NCBI RefSeq assembly: GCF_024223415.1
Contig: NZ_CP100500.1
Source of the DNA: Escherichia coli
GTDB lineage: Bacteria; Pseudomonadota; Gammaproteobacteria; Enterobacterales; Enterobacteriaceae
Reading direction: 5' to 3' (one strand)
Length of the DNA stretch: 64,000 bases
The position numbers were made by a program, and so were the translations under genes. Under the pieces are notes generated by a model that was not told where the DNA came from, did no database searches, and saw nothing but the letters and a program-made list of their open reading frames with translations. Each line of letters begins with the position of its first letter. The first letter of the stretch is position 1. Below are positions 37,984-51,852 of the stretch, piece by piece.

Positions 37984-39234
37984 TTACATATTTTTGATGA
38001 TCGCATCACCAAACTCTGAACATTTCAGCAGTTTAGCGCCTTCCATCAGACGTTCGAAGTCATAGGTTACGGTCTTCGCATTGATTGCGCCTTCCATACC
38101 TTTAACAATCAGGTCTGCGGCTTCGGTCCAACCCATGTGGCGTAACATCATCTCAGCAGAGAGAATAATAGAACCTGGGTTAACTTTGTCCTGACCGGCA
38201 TATTTCGGCGCAGTACCGTGGGTGGCTTCAAACAGGGCGCATTCGTCACCGATGTTTGCACCAGGGGCGATACCGATACCGCCAACCTGCGCTGCCAGGG
38301 CGTCAGAAATGTAGTCACCGTTCAGGTTCATACAGGCGATAACATCATATTCAGCCGGACGCAGCAGGATCTGTTGCAGGAATGCATCAGCAATCACGTC
38401 TTTAATGACGATCTCTTTGCCGGTATTCGGGTTTTTAACTTTCAGCCACGGGCCGCCGTCGATCAGTTCACCGCCAAATTCTTCACGCGCCAGCTGGTAG
38501 CCCCAGTCTTTAAACGCGCCTTCGGTGAACTTCATGATGTTGCCTTTGTGCACCAGGGTCACAGAGTCACGATCGTTAGCAATTGCGTATTCGATCGCTG
38601 CACGAACCAGACGTTTGGTGCCTTCTTCAGAACACGGCTTAATACCGATACCGCAATGTTCCGGGAAGCGAATTTTCTTCACGCCCATCTCTTCACGCAG
38701 GAATTTAATCACTTTCTCGGCGTCGGCAGAGTCTGCTTTCCATTCGATACCCGCATAAATGTCTTCCGAGTTTTCACGGAAGATAACCATATCGGTCAGT
38801 TCAGGGTGTTTAACCGGGCTTGGAGTGCCCTGATAGTAACGTACCGGACGCAGGCAGATGTAGAGATCCAGTTCCTGGCGCAGGGCAACGTTCAGAGAGC
38901 GAATACCGCCACCAACAGGAGTGGTCAGCGGACCTTTAATGGCAACGCGATATTCACGAATCAGATCAAGGGTTTCAGCAGGCAGCCAGACATCCTGACC
39001 ATAAACCTGTGTGGATTTTTCACCGGTGTAAATTTCCATCCAGGAGATTTTACGCTCGCCTTTATAGGCTTTCTCGACTGCAGCGTCGACCACTTTCAGC
39101 ATGGCTGGGGTTACATCTACACCGATTCCATCACCTTCAATGTAAGGGATAATCGGATTTTCAGGAACGTTGAGTTTGCCGTTTTGCAGGGTGATCTTCT
39201 TGCCTTGTGCCGGAACAACTACTTTACTTTCCAT
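37984..39234 (-). CDS. icd: NADP-dependent isocitrate dehydrogenase
   Basis: 416-aa [41 protein letters not shown]... matching K-12 Icd end to end. No e14 prophage follows the 3' end. Confidence 0.97.
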   Translation of the reverse strand: MESKVVVPAQGKKITLQNGKLNVPENPIIPYIEGDGIGVDVTPAMLKVVDAAVEKAYKGERKISWMEIYTGEKSTQVYGQDVWLPAETLDLIREYRVAIKGPLTTPVGGGIRSLNVALRQELDLYICLRPVRYYQGTPSPVKHPELTDMVIFRENSEDIYAGIEWKADSADAEKVIKFLREEMGVKKIRFPEHCGIGIKPCSEEGTKRLVRAAIEYAIANDRDSVTLVHKGNIMKFTEGAFKDWGYQLAREEFGGELIDGGPWLKVKNPNTGKEIVIKDVIADAFLQQILLRPAEYDVIACMNLNGDYISDALAAQVGGIGIAPGANIGDECALFEATHGTAPKYAGQDKVNPGSIILSAEMMLRHMGWTEAADLIVKGMEGAINAKTVTYDFERLMEGAKLLKCSEFGDAIIKNM

Positions 39235-39405
39235 TCACCTCTCCTTCGAGCGCTACTGGTTTGCTCGTCTGCCACCACGTTGCATATGCGTTTGCGTCCT
39301 GCGATACGGATGCTTTAGAGCAATTTTTTGTTAATGATTTGTAATTGGCTTGTCAATACTACCCTATTGTTTGCCGTCATGAAAGATGCGCGTTATTAGG
39401 CTATA

Positions 39406-40059
39406 ATGCGGCAATTCATAATCTCTGAAAATACCATGCAAAAAACTTCTTTTAGAAATCACCAGGTTAAGCGATTCAGCTCGCAACGTTCTACCAGGCG
39501 TAAACCTGAAAACCAGCCCACGCGTGTGATCCTGTTCAATAAACCCTACGATGTTCTTCCGCAGTTCACCGATGAAGCCGGACGCAAAACATTAAAAGAA
39601 TTCATCCCGGTTCAGGGCGTTTATGCAGCAGGTCGTCTTGACAGAGATAGCGAAGGGTTATTGGTGCTGACCAATAATGGTGCACTACAGGCGCGTTTAA
39701 CCCAGCCAGGCAAACGCACTGGAAAAATCTATTATGTGCAGGTGGAAGGCATTCCCACACAAGACGCACTTGAAGCCTTGCGCAATGGCGTAACCTTAAA
39801 TGATGGCCCTACCCTGCCCGCCGGCGCGGAGCTGGTTGACGAACCCGCGTGGTTATGGCCGCGGAATCCACCAATTCGTGAACGCAAAAGTATTCCCACC
39901 AGCTGGCTGAAAATCACCTTATATGAAGGACGTAATCGCCAGGTGCGCCGCATGACCGCCCATGTTGGTTTCCCCACGCTGCGACTGATTCGTTATGCGA
40001 TGGGTGATTACACTTTGGATAATCTTGCTAATGGCGAATGGCGAGAAGTGACAGATTAA
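39406..40059 (+). CDS. rluE: 23S rRNA pseudouridine(2457) synthase RluE
   Basis: 217-aa ORF with RsuA-family motifs ([17 protein letters not shown]). Confidence 0.9.
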   Translation: MRQFIISENTMQKTSFRNHQVKRFSSQRSTRRKPENQPTRVILFNKPYDVLPQFTDEAGRKTLKEFIPVQGVYAAGRLDRDSEGLLVLTNNGALQARLTQPGKRTGKIYYVQVEGIPTQDALEALRNGVTLNDGPTLPAGAELVDEPAWLWPRNPPIRERKSIPTSWLKITLYEGRNRQVRRMTAHVGFPTLRLIRYAMGDYTLDNLANGEWREVTD

Positions 40060-40069
40060 GGATGCAAAA

Positions 40070-41691
<1,622 letters not shown>

Positions 41692-41726
41692 TTATTATCT
41701 TTACTTAAAACAAGGAAGCAGTGAAC

Positions 41727-42368
41727 GTGGCAAAGAATTACTATGACATCACCCTCGCCCTGGCCGGTATTTGTCAGTCGGCACGCCTGGTGCAACAACT
41801 CGCTCACCAGGGGCATTGTGATGCCGATGCGCTACACGTCTCACTCAACAGTATTATTGATATGAACCCCAGCTCGACGCTGGCGGTTTTTGGCGGTAGC
41901 GAAGCCAACCTGCGCGTCGGGCTGGAAACCCTGCTCGGCGTGCTCAATGCCAGCAGTCGCCAGGGCTTAAACGCCGAATTAACCCGCTACACACTCAGCC
42001 TGATGGTGCTTGAGCGCAAACTCTCCTCAGCGAAAGGTGCGCTCGACACTCTGGGCAACCGGATCAACGGCCTGCAACGCCAGCTCGAACACTTCGATTT
42101 ACAGTCCGAAACGCTGATGAGCGCGATGGCTGCTATCTATGTTGATGTGATTAGCCCGCTTGGCCCGCGCATTCAGGTCACCGGCTCCCCTGCTGTACTG
42201 CAAAGCCCACAAGTGCAGGCGAAAGTTCGCGCAACCCTGCTGGCAGGCATTCGCGCCGCCGTGCTCTGGCACCAGGTCGGCGGCGGACGTCTGCAACTGA
42301 TGTTTTCTCGTAATCGCCTGACCACTCAGGCAAAACAAATTCTTGCTCATTTAACCCCGGAGTTGTGA
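41727..42368 (+). CDS. hflD: High-frequency lysogenization protein HflD
   Basis: 213-aa product starting at GTG ([21 protein letters not shown]...) matches K-12 HflD. Confidence 0.9.
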   Translation: MAKNYYDITLALAGICQSARLVQQLAHQGHCDADALHVSLNSIIDMNPSSTLAVFGGSEANLRVGLETLLGVLNASSRQGLNAELTRYTLSLMVLERKLSSAKGALDTLGNRINGLQRQLEHFDLQSETLMSAMAAIYVDVISPLGPRIQVTGSPAVLQSPQVQAKVRATLLAGIRAAVLWHQVGGGRLQLMFSRNRLTTQAKQILAHLTPEL

Positions 42369-43742
<1,374 letters not shown>

Positions 43743-43754
43743 ACTCATATCAGT

Positions 43755-43777
43755 GCCGGATGGCGATGCTGTCCGGC
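43755..43777 (+). terminator. REP-like hairpin downstream of purB
   Basis: GCCGGA-tggcgatgctg-TCCGGC palindrome immediately after the purB stop. Confidence 0.5.
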
Positions 43778-43832
43778 CTGCTTATTAAGATTATCCGCTT
43801 TTTATTTTTTCACTTTACCTCCCCTCCCCGCT

Positions 43833-43849
43833 GGTTTATTTAATGTTTA
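43833..43849 (+). promoter_or_regulatory. PhoP box of the autoregulated phoPQ promoter
   Basis: GGTTTA-tttaa-TGTTTA direct repeat with 5-bp spacer about 60 bp upstream of the phoP start, matching the (T/G)GTTTA-N5-(T/G)GTTTA consensus. Confidence 0.8.
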
Positions 43850-43909
43850 CCCCCATAACCACATAATCGCGTTACACTATTTTAATAATTAAGACAGGGA
43901 GAAATAAAA

Positions 43910-44581
43910 ATGCGCGTACTGGTTGTTGAAGACAATGCGTTGTTACGTCACCACCTTAAAGTTCAGATTCAGGATGCTGGTCATCAGGTCGATGACGCAG
44001 AAGATGCCAAAGAAGCCGATTATTATCTCAATGAACATTTACCGGATATTGCGATTGTCGATCTCGGATTGCCAGACGAGGACGGTCTGTCACTGATTCG
44101 CCGCTGGCGTAGCAATGATGTTTCACTGCCGATTCTGGTATTAACCGCCCGTGAAAGCTGGCAGGACAAAGTCGAAGTATTAAGTGCTGGTGCTGATGAT
44201 TACGTGACTAAACCATTTCATATTGAAGAGGTGATGGCGCGAATGCAGGCATTAATGCGGCGTAATAGCGGTCTGGCTTCACAGGTCATTTCGCTACCAC
44301 CGTTTCAGGTTGATCTCTCTCGCCGTGAATTATCTATTAATGACGAAGTGATCAAACTGACCGCGTTCGAATACACCATTATGGAAACGTTGATACGCAA
44401 TAATGGCAAAGTGGTGAGCAAAGATTCGTTAATGCTCCAACTCTATCCGGATGCGGAGCTGCGGGAAAGCCATACCATTGATGTACTGATGGGACGTCTG
44501 CGCAAAAAAATTCAGGCACAATATCCGCAAGAAGTGATTACTACCGTTCGCGGCCAGGGCTATTTGTTCGAATTGCGCTGA
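43910..44581 (+). CDS. phoP: Response regulator PhoP
   Basis: 223-aa OmpR-family regulator [40 protein letters not shown]... Confidence 0.97.
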   Translation: MRVLVVEDNALLRHHLKVQIQDAGHQVDDAEDAKEADYYLNEHLPDIAIVDLGLPDEDGLSLIRRWRSNDVSLPILVLTARESWQDKVEVLSAGADDYVTKPFHIEEVMARMQALMRRNSGLASQVISLPPFQVDLSRRELSINDEVIKLTAFEYTIMETLIRNNGKVVSKDSLMLQLYPDAELRESHTIDVLMGRLRKKIQAQYPQEVITTVRGQGYLFELR

Positions 44582-46041
44582 TGAAAAAATTACTGCGTCT
44601 TTTTTTCCCGCTCTCGCTGCGGGTACGTTTTCTGTTGGCAACGGCAGCGGTAGTACTGGTGCTTTCGCTTGCCTACGGAATGGTCGCGCTGATCGGTTAT
44701 AGCGTCAGTTTCGATAAAACTACGTTTCGGCTGTTACGTGGCGAGAGCAATCTGTTCTATACCCTTGCGAAGTGGGAAAACAATAAGTTGCATGTCGAGT
44801 TACCCGAAAATATCGACAAGCAAAGCCCCACCATGACGCTAATTTATGATGAGAACGGGCAGCTTTTATGGGCGCAACGTGACGTGCCCTGGCTGATGAA
44901 GATGATCCAGCCTGACTGGCTGAAATCGAATGGTTTTCATGAAATTGAAGCGGATGTTAACGATACCAGCCTCTTGCTGAGTGGAGATCATTCAATACAG
45001 CAACAGTTGCAGGAAGTGCGGGAAGATGATGACGACGCGGAGATGACCCACTCGGTGGCGGTAAACGTCTACCCGGCAACATCGCGGATGCCAAAGTTAA
45101 CCATTGTGGTGGTGGATACCATTCCGGTGGAGCTAAAAAGTTCCTATATGGTCTGGAGCTGGTTTATCTATGTGCTCTCAGCCAATCTGCTGTTAGTGAT
45201 CCCGCTGCTGTGGGTCGCCGCCTGGTGGAGTTTACGCCCCATCGAAGCCCTGGCAAAAGAAGTCCGCGAACTGGAAGAACATAACCGCGAATTGCTCAAT
45301 CCAGCCACAACGCGAGAACTGACCAGTCTGGTACGAAACCTGAACCGATTGTTAAAAAGCGAACGCGAACGTTACGACAAATACCGTACAACGCTCACCG
45401 ACCTGACCCATAGTCTGAAAACGCCACTGGCGGTGCTGCAAAGTACGCTGCGTTCTCTGCGTAGTGAAAAGATGAGCGTCAGTGATGCTGAACCGGTAAT
45501 GCTGGAGCAAATCAGCCGCATTTCACAGCAAATTGGCTACTACCTGCATCGTGCCAGTATGCGCGGCGGGACATTGCTCAGCCGCGAGCTGCATCCGGTC
45601 GCCCCACTGCTGGACAATCTCACCTCGGCGCTGAACAAAGTGTATCAACGCAAAGGGGTCAATATCTCTCTCGATATTTCGCCAGAGATCAGCTTTGTCG
45701 GTGAGCAGAACGATTTTGTCGAGGTGATGGGCAATGTGCTGGATAATGCCTGTAAATATTGCCTCGAGTTTGTCGAAATTTCTGCAAGGCAAACCGACGA
45801 GCATCTCTATATTGTGGTCGAGGATGATGGACCCGGTATTCCATTAAGCAAGCGAGAGGTCATTTTCGACCGTGGTCAACGGGTTGATACTTTACGCCCT
45901 GGGCAAGGTGTGGGGCTGGCGGTAGCCCGCGAAATCACCGAGCAATATGAGGGTAAAATCGTCGCCGGAGAGAGCATGCTGGGCGGTGCGCGGATGGAGG
46001 TGATTTTTGGTCGCCAGCATTCTGCGCCGAAAGATGAATAA
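44581..46041 (+). CDS. phoQ: Sensor histidine kinase PhoQ
   Basis: 486-aa ORF overlapping the phoP stop; two TM segments, periplasmic sensor, HAMP and HisKA/HATPase domains. Confidence 0.97.
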   Translation: MKKLLRLFFPLSLRVRFLLATAAVVLVLSLAYGMVALIGYSVSFDKTTFRLLRGESNLFYTLAKWENNKLHVELPENIDKQSPTMTLIYDENGQLLWAQRDVPWLMKMIQPDWLKSNGFHEIEADVNDTSLLLSGDHSIQQQLQEVREDDDDAEMTHSVAVNVYPATSRMPKLTIVVVDTIPVELKSSYMVWSWFIYVLSANLLLVIPLLWVAAWWSLRPIEALAKEVRELEEHNRELLNPATTRELTSLVRNLNRLLKSERERYDKYRTTLTDLTHSLKTPLAVLQSTLRSLRSEKMSVSDAEPVMLEQISRISQQIGYYLHRASMRGGTLLSRELHPVAPLLDNLTSALNKVYQRKGVNISLDISPEISFVGEQNDFVEVMGNVLDNACKYCLEFVEISARQTDEHLYIVVEDDGPGIPLSKREVIFDRGQRVDTLRPGQGVGLAVAREITEQYEGKIVAGESMLGGARMEVIFGRQHSAPKDE

Positions 46042-46121
46042 ATATGTCCTTTTATCACCGATATTAGTTAATATATTGATTTAATTAAAAATATACACAA
46101 ACAAAAGTGCCAAAAATCGCA

Positions 46122-46147
46122 AATTAACTACACCATTAACTACACCG
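46122..46147. repeat. attL core: 26-bp direct repeat AATTAACTACACCATTAACTACACCG
   Basis: Identical to 61252-61277; internally two tandem ATTAACTACACC 12-mers. About 50 bp beyond each copy are imperfectly similar. Confidence 0.8.
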
Positions 46148-46987
46148 TTCGGCGCACTGTATGAAACAACGTGGAACAAATAGGCACAAGAAATATAAAG
46201 GCGGGTAATTTTAAGGGGGCGTTGCTGTCGATATGGGGATCCACATAACGGGGCTACCTGGCTTTTTTTCCGGTTAAATGTCAATCAGGCTGGTGGGCTT
46301 TACCTGTTCGGTAGGTGTTATGATTATCGTAATACCTTTCCCCCAATGGGGTAAAAGCATCAACCGTAACGAAAGTCGTTATGGTTGCCACCGATACTCC
46401 AAATTTGGGTATCACGAGTAAGCCCCAAAATCTGGGTGTTACTCTTACTACCCAAACTACGGGTAGTTTCCGTAGTTTCATGGTCGAGTTGCAGATCTGC
46501 AACTCCCCCATCAACCACAGGCGAATTTCCGCCTTCGGTCATTCCTTAATCATCTGCGTAATCATAATGATTATTCAGCCAGCTCAATTTTGAGCTTTGC
46601 TTTAAGTTCAGCGAGTTACCGCGCCGACTTCCTCAAATTGAGGTTTCCGAAAATATCAGTGGGTTAGCGATTAAGCAGATGGATAATTAACCTGCGAAAA
46701 TTTCGCAGGTTACATCAGCGACGTAATTCTCGCTGTTCCTGCCCGGAGGTGTCGACGAATTTCGTCGGAACCTAAGCCTGCCGGGAAGTCCGTACGTTAA
46801 ACGTACGGAGTTAATTCGACATCACACACTACGTTGTCAATTTGCAAAGGAGGGGCGGAAATCACCATACCTGCCACCCTGTCATACAGAAAGGGATTAC
46901 GATAATCGTAACAGGATACAACGCCGCCTGTAATCGTAACCAATTGATTTTTATGATGACGCAAATCTGCGTTATCAGTCCTCAAAG
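46148..46987. other. 840-bp non-coding arm of the island, rich in hairpins and short repeats
   Basis: No convincing ORF. Contains palindromes CCAAATTTGG, GTTGCAGATCTGCAAC, AACCTGCGAAAATTTCGCAGGTT, CGACGAATTTCGTCG, CCGTACGTTAAACGTACGG and TTACGATAATCGTAA, plus three ATCGTAA motifs. Confidence 0.4.
46163..46189 (+). repeat. Phased heptamer array 1 (GAAACAA, GGAACAA, GGCACAA at exact 10-bp spacing)
   Basis: Read directly; lies just inside attL. Confidence 0.7.
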
Positions 46988-47278
46988 TTACCGCCGCAAC
47001 CGTTCCGGCTTCTTCCACTGATAAGTGTTTTTCGCGCTCTCCTGATACATCGCCACGCGTCGACGGTATGCCAGCAACTCTAGTACTCTGATTCGTATGT
47101 CGCGCATATCCACGCCGTTAAGCTCAATACCGTCACGGCGCATCACCTCCGCCACAACACGCACATAATTTTCGGCGGTCACGCTGTCCGGCTGCGTGGC
47201 CTGTTCGTCATGCTGCTGGCTGATTCCGGTAACGCGGCGGATTAATCCCAGTAGTTCGGCTTCGCTCATTCTCGTCAT
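46988..47278 (-). CDS. Hypothetical protein (96 aa), last gene of the packaging operon
   Basis: ORF whose start overlaps the terL stop; no recognisable motif. Confidence 0.6.
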   Translation of the reverse strand: MTRMSEAELLGLIRRVTGISQQHDEQATQPDSVTAENYVRVVAEVMRRDGIELNGVDMRDIRIRVLELLAYRRRVAMYQESAKNTYQWKKPERLRR

Positions 47279-48936
47279 ACCCCATCAAACGCCGCAAGCC
47301 GCTCTTTGTGGCTGTCGCTCATATCGAATGCAAATTCCTCATGCTCTGCCTGGAATGTGCCAAACGCCATCAGCGCCGCAACGCTCGGGTCTATCTTGTT
47401 GGATGATTTTTTCTTGTTCGGCTTGATATTGGCGTTCGCGTCACTCTGCATCACAACATTACTCATTGACCAGGCCAGCACCGGATCACCACGATGCACA
47501 ATCACCTTCCGGTTAACAAAAACTTCGAACGATTTCGCCGCCGGACTGAAACGAAGGTATGTTTGCGGGAACGGCTCCACCTCAAATCCTGCGCCCTGTA
47601 GCTGCGTCATCAGGTGCGTGGCGTTCCATGTATCGAAGCCCACCAGCCGGATATTAAAATTTTCCGCGTCCTTCATGATGTCATCCCTGATACGGTCGTA
47701 ATCAATACAGTCGCCTGGCGTTGTGCGTATCCAGCCCGATTTTGCCCACTGGCGATAGATGGCGCGGTTTTTATTGGCGGGATTCTGTAGCTGCTGCTCC
47801 GGCAGATAATGACGGGAAACCAGCATGATGGTTTTACCAACCGGAAAGGCATAACACACGCTTGAAATATCATTTGTTGATGATAAATCCAGCCCCGCAT
47901 AGCACTCCTGCCCGTGTAAATCTTCCTCCGTGAACGTTCCGGCACACTCAGCCCATGCACCGTTACCCATCCACGGCGTAGCCCCCTGACACCAGATATT
48001 AAAGCGCTTTGTCATCATCTCCACCCACTGCGACGGAATACCCCGCGCTTTCTGGATGGTTGAGGCAAGTTTTTCACGATCGACGGAAACATCGATATTG
48101 GGATTCGCCTTTATCCACATCGCCGGATCGTCAACCTCGCTTTCATCATCCAGCTCGTAAATCATCACGAACATGGATTCATTAACCTCTTCACCATCCA
48201 GTATCTGACAGCAATAATCATAGTGCTGCTTACAGGCAGAAATAACGTTGCTTCCCGATGTGGTAATGGCGAATAACAGCCCGTCAGGACGCGCACCCAT
48301 CCCAAGTTCAAGCGCGGAATATACGCCGTTATCGGGGTGTAAATGGTATTCATCCACAATGGCAAGACTCGGGTTTGTCCCCTCAATGGTCGCCGCCTTT
48401 GCCGCCAGTGGCTTTAACAGGCTGTTGGTTTTCGGGTGTATCACCTTGTGCGCCTGAATATTTACCCGCTTTCGTAACGGTCGGGATAAAAGGCACATCT
48501 GACGCGCATCATCAAACACGATCCGCGCCTGATCACGACTCACGGCGGCGGTGTAAATATCCTGCTGCCCGTTTTCCATAACCAGAAACCAGTTAGCCAG
48601 GATAGCGGCGACCGTGGATTTGGCATTTTTTCGCGGTACTTCAATGAATGCGCTGGTGTATTTGCGCCGTCCGGTGGACTTAACCTTAAAGCCCAGGATG
48701 CACGCAAAGGCGAACTGCTGCCACGGCTCCAGTTCAATGGGGCTACCGCGCATTGCACCTTTTACGTGCGGGCACACCCTGGAAAAGGCAATAAACCGCT
48801 CCACGACCTCCGGATCGAACGTGTAAAGGGGGTTTTCAAGGTCAGAAAAATACCGTTTAACAGCCTGTTTCAGTCGTTTACAGGCCGTAATTTTGCCGTT
48901 TTTTACGCCTTCTGCGTACTCATGCCAGGCGGTCAA
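47275..48936 (-). CDS. Terminase large subunit
   Basis: 553-aa ORF with ATPase N-terminus and nuclease C-terminus typical of Terminase_1 family TerL; overlaps terS. Confidence 0.9.
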   Translation of the reverse strand: MTAWHEYAEGVKNGKITACKRLKQAVKRYFSDLENPLYTFDPEVVERFIAFSRVCPHVKGAMRGSPIELEPWQQFAFACILGFKVKSTGRRKYTSAFIEVPRKNAKSTVAAILANWFLVMENGQQDIYTAAVSRDQARIVFDDARQMCLLSRPLRKRVNIQAHKVIHPKTNSLLKPLAAKAATIEGTNPSLAIVDEYHLHPDNGVYSALELGMGARPDGLLFAITTSGSNVISACKQHYDYCCQILDGEEVNESMFVMIYELDDESEVDDPAMWIKANPNIDVSVDREKLASTIQKARGIPSQWVEMMTKRFNIWCQGATPWMGNGAWAECAGTFTEEDLHGQECYAGLDLSSTNDISSVCYAFPVGKTIMLVSRHYLPEQQLQNPANKNRAIYRQWAKSGWIRTTPGDCIDYDRIRDDIMKDAENFNIRLVGFDTWNATHLMTQLQGAGFEVEPFPQTYLRFSPAAKSFEVFVNRKVIVHRGDPVLAWSMSNVVMQSDANANIKPNKKKSSNKIDPSVAALMAFGTFQAEHEEFAFDMSDSHKERLAAFDGV

Positions 48937-49321
48937 GCTCGTCCTCTTCCTCTGTTTCCGGTGGATTTCTGCGTCGGCTTACCGGGTCAAAACCCAGCAA
49001 AGAAGCCATTTTGATCATTATTCTTTCTGCGTCAGCCTTTGCGCTCAGGGCGGGGTTTCTGCTCTCGCTGCCCTGACTGTTAACAATGCTGAACCCGCGC
49101 GTCGCAAGGTCTTCGACGGCTTTGCGGTATAGGGAGTAGTTAACGCAATACAGCTCAAGATTGCTCCAGTCGGCGGGGGTAAGGTCTTCCCGCCCGGAAA
49201 GCTGGCGCGATTTTTCCTTCCATTGCCTGACGGCAATTTCATCCAGGTAAGCGGGGGCTTTTGGTGGTCTTGCCATGTTCTTTTTTCGCCCAATTATTTT
49301 CAAAAAAATTCCCGTGCACAA
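48920..49321 (-). CDS. Terminase small subunit (P27 family)
   Basis: 133-aa ORF MARPPKAPAYLDEIAVRQWKEKSRQLSGREDLTPADWSNLELYCVNYSLYRKA... resembles P27-family TerS. Confidence 0.8.
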   Translation of the reverse strand: MCTGIFLKIIGRKKNMARPPKAPAYLDEIAVRQWKEKSRQLSGREDLTPADWSNLELYCVNYSLYRKAVEDLATRGFSIVNSQGSESRNPALSAKADAERIMIKMASLLGFDPVSRRRNPPETEEEDELDRLA

Positions 49322-49565
49322 AAATTTGAGCAGGCGGTCGGTTCTGGGCAGGGTCGGGTTCGTCCTGAAAACTCCCCCCCACCCCGTCCGGCTGCCTCAT
49401 CAGCGATTGCGAAAACATTCCATGACCTCGCGGTCACGGTCGGTTAATCGCTTCGCTGTGGTGCGTTTTGTGCGCCCTGTCCTGTTGGCTTTGTGCTCTG
49501 TCTCCTGTGTCTTCCATGTGTCACGCTGCCTTATCAGTCCACGTATCAGCCTGGTTTGCTCCTGT
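49322..49565. other. Predicted cos/packaging-site region between HNH and terS
   Basis: 244-bp GC-rich non-coding gap containing CCCCCCCACCCC (49373-49384). In HK97-type genomes cos lies between the HNH endonuclease gene and terS. Confidence 0.35.
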
Positions 49566-50006
49566 TCAGTCATCATCGCCATACATCCAGTCGTTACGGT
49601 GTGCCGCCCGTTCTTCCTGCTCGCGATACATGCCCGCTTTACGGTTTGCTTTCGTGGCTGGATCTTCCCGTGTGGTCTTACGGTTGTGGCACGTCTGGCA
49701 CAATGCCTGGTGATTCCACTCAGGCCAGAAGAGAACATCATTACCGCCATCGATGGGGATAATGTGATCCACCACCACGGCGGGCGTGTATATTCCTTTT
49801 TCCAGGCAATGCGCACATAACGGGTTTTTACTCAGGTACATAGCGCGGTATTTCTCCCACTGCCTCGTATACCCTCGCTCCCTGCTGCTGCCTCTCCGGC
49901 TGTCCTGCTGCTGGCGTGCGCTGCGTCTGTGCTCCTCACACTTCCCGGACTTCACGCGCCTGTTGCAGCCTGGTTGTGTGCATCGTCTCAATGGTTGCCA
50001 CGGCAT
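49566..50006 (-). CDS. HNH endonuclease (terminase-associated)
   Basis: 146-aa ORF with Cys-rich zinc finger and HNH motif (CAHC...DHIIP...NHQALCQTCHNRK). Confidence 0.85.
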   Translation of the reverse strand: MPWQPLRRCTQPGCNRRVKSGKCEEHRRSARQQQDSRRGSSRERGYTRQWEKYRAMYLSKNPLCAHCLEKGIYTPAVVVDHIIPIDGGNDVLFWPEWNHQALCQTCHNRKTTREDPATKANRKAGMYREQEERAAHRNDWMYGDDD

Positions 50007-50302
50007 CAGTACACCCCCACATCACGATAAACCGACCAGAGCGCGGAAATCGTCAGGGGAATTTCTTTTGTATCGGTATCGCCAAGCGTTGTCCGGTACT
50101 CGTACAGTTGCGAGATGTACATCAGGCAACCAATTTTTATTGCAGGGGTAAATTCCAGGCCGTCATCAAAACGCCTGCCAATATGCTTCTGGCATACCTC
50201 CAGCGCCGCGCTTATGTATGCCTGAATCAGTGTGTCTTCTGTGTTACCATCTATGCGGCAGTGAAGTTTGGCCTCTTCCAGGGTTATTTTTTCTGCTGTC
50301 AT
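50006..50302 (-). CDS. Head-tail connector protein (phage gp6-like)
   Basis: 98-aa ORF MTAEKITLEEAKLHCRIDGNTEDTLIQAYISAALEVCQKHIGRRF... typical of the gp6-like connector family. Confidence 0.7.
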   Translation of the reverse strand: MTAEKITLEEAKLHCRIDGNTEDTLIQAYISAALEVCQKHIGRRFDDGLEFTPAIKIGCLMYISQLYEYRTTLGDTDTKEIPLTISALWSVYRDVGVY

Positions 50303-50637
50303 TTTTCTGTACCCACCTTTGCCAGAATTTCCAGCCGGGTTCTTTTCGCATCAGGTAAGGGGATCCCGATGATATTAAGCGTGCTCCCGGCAAAAGCGCC
50401 GGTAAGCACTTTCAGGCGACTGGCGGCGGATATGTCGCCACGATAGCGAACCCATACCCGAATCGTTGCAGGTGCGGTTTCTGCGCCTGCGGTCAGTAAT
50501 TCCCGTCCGCTGATCCCCTTGACCTCTGCCCAGATGGTTTCCCCTTCCGTCCATATCTGCTGGATCGCACCTGACGGCAGGCGCTGTGTGGTAAATGTCA
50601 TAATCGTCACCCGGTCCCGCATCTTTCCGGCTATCAT
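50299..50637 (-). CDS. Head closure / head-tail adaptor protein
   Basis: 112-aa ORF between portal and gp6-like gene with overlapping start and stop. Confidence 0.65.
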   Translation of the reverse strand: MIAGKMRDRVTIMTFTTQRLPSGAIQQIWTEGETIWAEVKGISGRELLTAGAETAPATIRVWVRYRGDISAASRLKVLTGAFAGSTLNIIGIPLPDAKRTRLEILAKVGTEK

Positions 50638-51851
50638 TCGTCACCGCCCTTACTGTTCTTGCTGATTGTCACTTCCTGCTTCCATGCCTGGCTGAACTCG
50701 TCGCCACCTTCACGCGGCGGCATTCCCTCACGCTCACGGGCTTCGTTCGGATTGATGATCCCGTTCTTAATCCCTTTCTCATACGTGGCGTAACGTTCGG
50801 TAGGGGTGGCGCGTAATAAATCGGCTGAATCAAACTCAACCAGATAACGGGTACCAGGTACGGGAGAAGCCACCAGCAAAGCAGCCTTGATTTGCTGTTC
50901 GAAGTTCGCCAGCCACGGGCGCATTGTCATGGTCAGAAACGCGCGGCTTGCCTCACTGAAATTGCTGTAGGTGCTGTTGCTGTATTCCTGCAAAAAAATC
51001 GGCGAGACGTTGAACATTCGGGCGATGTCTTCAATGGTAAAGCGACGGGAGGCCAGCCATTCAGCATCCTGATTACTCATGCCCAGCTGCTGATAGCTCA
51101 TACCCCCTTCAAGGATGGGCGTTTTTCCGGCGTTTCTGGCCCCTTTGTAGCGTTCCAGTGCGGCTAATGCCTGTTTGCCCTTCACGCCGTCCAGCCATTC
51201 GCCTGACGTGATAACCCCTGCCGCCATCATGCCATCACGCATCACGCTCGCGCCGTGGCGTTGTTGGGCCAGCCCAAGCCCCAGCGATTCGCGGCAGATG
51301 GTTACAGGTGAGCGCCCCATAAAGCCGTCATCCGTGGAGTAACGAAGGTGGAGAACCTCCCACGGTAAATAGTTGCGGGTGTTTCCGGTGTAGGCGTCAG
51401 TGATGCAGTAGCGCCAGTTATGCTCACCTGTCTGCTCCACGTTCACCGACTGCGGCGGGTAAGGATGTAAAGCCACCGGAAAACCATCACGCCCCCACTG
51501 AATAACCGCATAAGCATTACCGTTTAACAGGCAGTGGCGGATCATCATTCGCTTAAACTGGTAGGGGGTTTGCCATGCGTTCGGGCGCTCGTTGAGGATG
51601 TGATCGACCGGATGAGAATCAAGCCACTCGCGGGCCTCCTTCCCCTTCTCATTGCGTACCAGGTACAGGTAACACGGCATGGTAGCCACCGCCTCAGAGA
51701 TGACCGTCACGGCGTTCATGACGGCGGGCAGTGATTCCGCTGTCCCCGATGATACGTACTCACCCGCCCCCGTGTTCGATGTGCCCGCCAGCGCCATAAA
51801 TTCATCAAGCGTCATGCTGCGCTGCTCTTTTTTTCTTCTGAAAAGCCACAT
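50634..51851 (-). CDS. Portal protein (HK97 family)
   Basis: 405-aa ORF; alternative start MTLDEFMALAG at 51815. Confidence 0.85.
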   Translation of the reverse strand: MWLFRRKKEQRSMTLDEFMALAGTSNTGAGEYVSSGTAESLPAVMNAVTVISEAVATMPCYLYLVRNEKGKEAREWLDSHPVDHILNERPNAWQTPYQFKRMMIRHCLLNGNAYAVIQWGRDGFPVALHPYPPQSVNVEQTGEHNWRYCITDAYTGNTRNYLPWEVLHLRYSTDDGFMGRSPVTICRESLGLGLAQQRHGASVMRDGMMAAGVITSGEWLDGVKGKQALAALERYKGARNAGKTPILEGGMSYQQLGMSNQDAEWLASRRFTIEDIARMFNVSPIFLQEYSNSTYSNFSEASRAFLTMTMRPWLANFEQQIKAALLVASPVPGTRYLVEFDSADLLRATPTERYATYEKGIKNGIINPNEAREREGMPPREGGDEFSQAWKQEVTISKNSKGGDE

Positions 51852-51852
51852 A

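Noticed and set aside
38218-39318. 366-aa track ORF on the + strand across the icd locus
   Set aside because: Antisense to icd, whose minus-strand product matches Icd over its full length; the translation is low-complexity (F/R/N/T-rich) with no start context, typical of an antisense shadow ORF.
46122-46147. Whether the tandem ATTAACTACACC units at the att core are a PhoP box (phoQ is adjacent)
   Set aside because: The PhoP box is a (T/G)GTTTA direct repeat with a 5-bp spacer; neither strand of the 12-mer matches, and the genuine PhoP box sits upstream of phoP at 43833-43849.
46042-46200. tRNA or tmRNA gene as the integration target
   Set aside because: No cloverleaf-compatible sequence (acceptor stem, T-loop GTTC motif, CCA context) in either junction; the target is an AT-rich intergenic spacer between phoQ and roxA.
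49223-49820. Several overlapping track ORFs in the HNH-terS gap and antisense to the HNH gene
   Set aside because: They overlap one another in different frames and lie antisense to a well-supported HNH gene or in the GC-rich gap; the GC-rich sequence gives long open frames by chance.
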